A DNA stretch of 64,000 nucleotides from Pecten maximus (lineage: Eukaryota): contig NC_047025.1 in the NCBI RefSeq assembly GCF_902652985.1, positions 22,010,001-22,074,000 on the forward strand, read 5' to 3'. This document shows positions 62,884 through 64,000 of this stretch, one piece after another (the first letter of the stretch is position 1; every line of letters starts with the position of its first letter). The notes below the pieces were generated by a model. The model ran no database searches and was not told where the DNA came from. It was given only the letters and a program-made list of their open reading frames with translations. A program made the position numbers and the translations under genes.

Positions 62884-64000
62884 GTATGTCATAGTTCTCC
62901 TCCCGGTCAACAATCATTTTCGATTTCGAAATTTAAAACAAAATGTTATTGAAAAATTAAGAAAATTTGAAATTAAAATAAAATTTGATCTCGATGAATT
63001 GAACATTTTTATGTTTGAGAAAAAAACTTAAGCAATTTTTGTAAGTCAGTATTTCAACAGGACCGTCCCAAACATAGGAGAGTAATGACCGACATCTTGT
63101 ATGTGTTTTGTGTGTTTATTGGCTATTTTACACTGCTTCTAGTTAGACAAGTTTCCATAACACTGTTTTCTGTTAACCTTCTGTGGACTTTTTTTCTATC
63201 TTTTTTACTCGGTACTCACTCATTACTAAACACAACTGCGCTACAACCACTCACAGGCTTTTCGTCCTCAAAATGTCTACATTTTTTTCAAGCTTTGCTA
63301 AGTGTCTTTGAAATATTAGAAGTTTAGACGCAATTAAAGCGTTTTGCCGTTGAGAATAACACCGGTATTTCGCTGTAATATCTTTATTTAGAATCAGTTG
63401 ATTTATTATTAAAAATCACATATTAAAATGAAATTACGTATTAAGTAATTGAAGGCAGCATTCAAGTTGCAAGTAATATTTCAAAGACACTTTTAATACA
63501 CTTAACTACTACATATGAATATCTATGTAATCACTAAGCTATGTATAGTCATATTGAATAAGTGTATATTGATATTTATCATACAGCCACATTTCATAGT
63601 GTCTTCATGAAAATACATTCAGTATAATCATATTGCTAGCGTTTAGCATATTCTTCAAAGCTGTGCTGTATTATTCATGAAGATGATATGGAGTACCTAG
63701 TATTTAGTTTACTAGTTACGTATAATATATGCTAGTCTTCTAATATATGCCATTATAAAATATTAATATGCAATTAAACGAATGCAGAGGACATTTTTAT
63801 TTTACTTAATTTACATACGAACATGCACGATTTTATGATAAGATAGCTTTCTTTGATTGTCATTTCCTATGTTCATTTGTATTGTTGTTTTTGTCTTTAA
63901 TAGGAATTCAAAATCTCATAACATAAGATAATGAAATGCTATAGATTTTAAAACAATACATTCACGTGTTTCACTTTATGTATGTATTTACAGTATAATC

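Overview
AT-rich, intron-containing animal genomic DNA; the repeat and SINE style suggests a bivalve mollusc, which is my inference. Two spliced protein-coding genes lie on the + strand. The first is the last two coding exons of an alanine aminotransferase (GPT/ALT; 9718-9830 and 10086-10176) with a polyA signal; I found no upstream exons in the window. The second is the first 12 coding exons of the epithelial splicing regulator ESRP/fusilli (41767 to >62883), which continues past the window end; I rebuilt these exons by hand with consistent splice phases. ESRP intron 3 (45058-53568) carries minor-spliceosome (U12) signals. The ESRP promoter and first introns are unusually rich in CAGGTG/CAGGTA (ZEB/Snail-type) boxes, and the locus has CTCF-like sites. 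The 4-40 kb region holds more than 10 different minisatellites (units of about 25-51 bp). The largest is a 6.6-kb 48-bp array, which accounts for all the very long ORFs in the track and has a diverged inverted relative 1 kb upstream. Mobile elements include a tRNA-derived SINE with an inverted 5' half between target-site duplications, a decayed LINE ORF2 3' end, and several palindromic MITE-like remnants. I saw no CRISPR array, rRNA gene or intact transposase.
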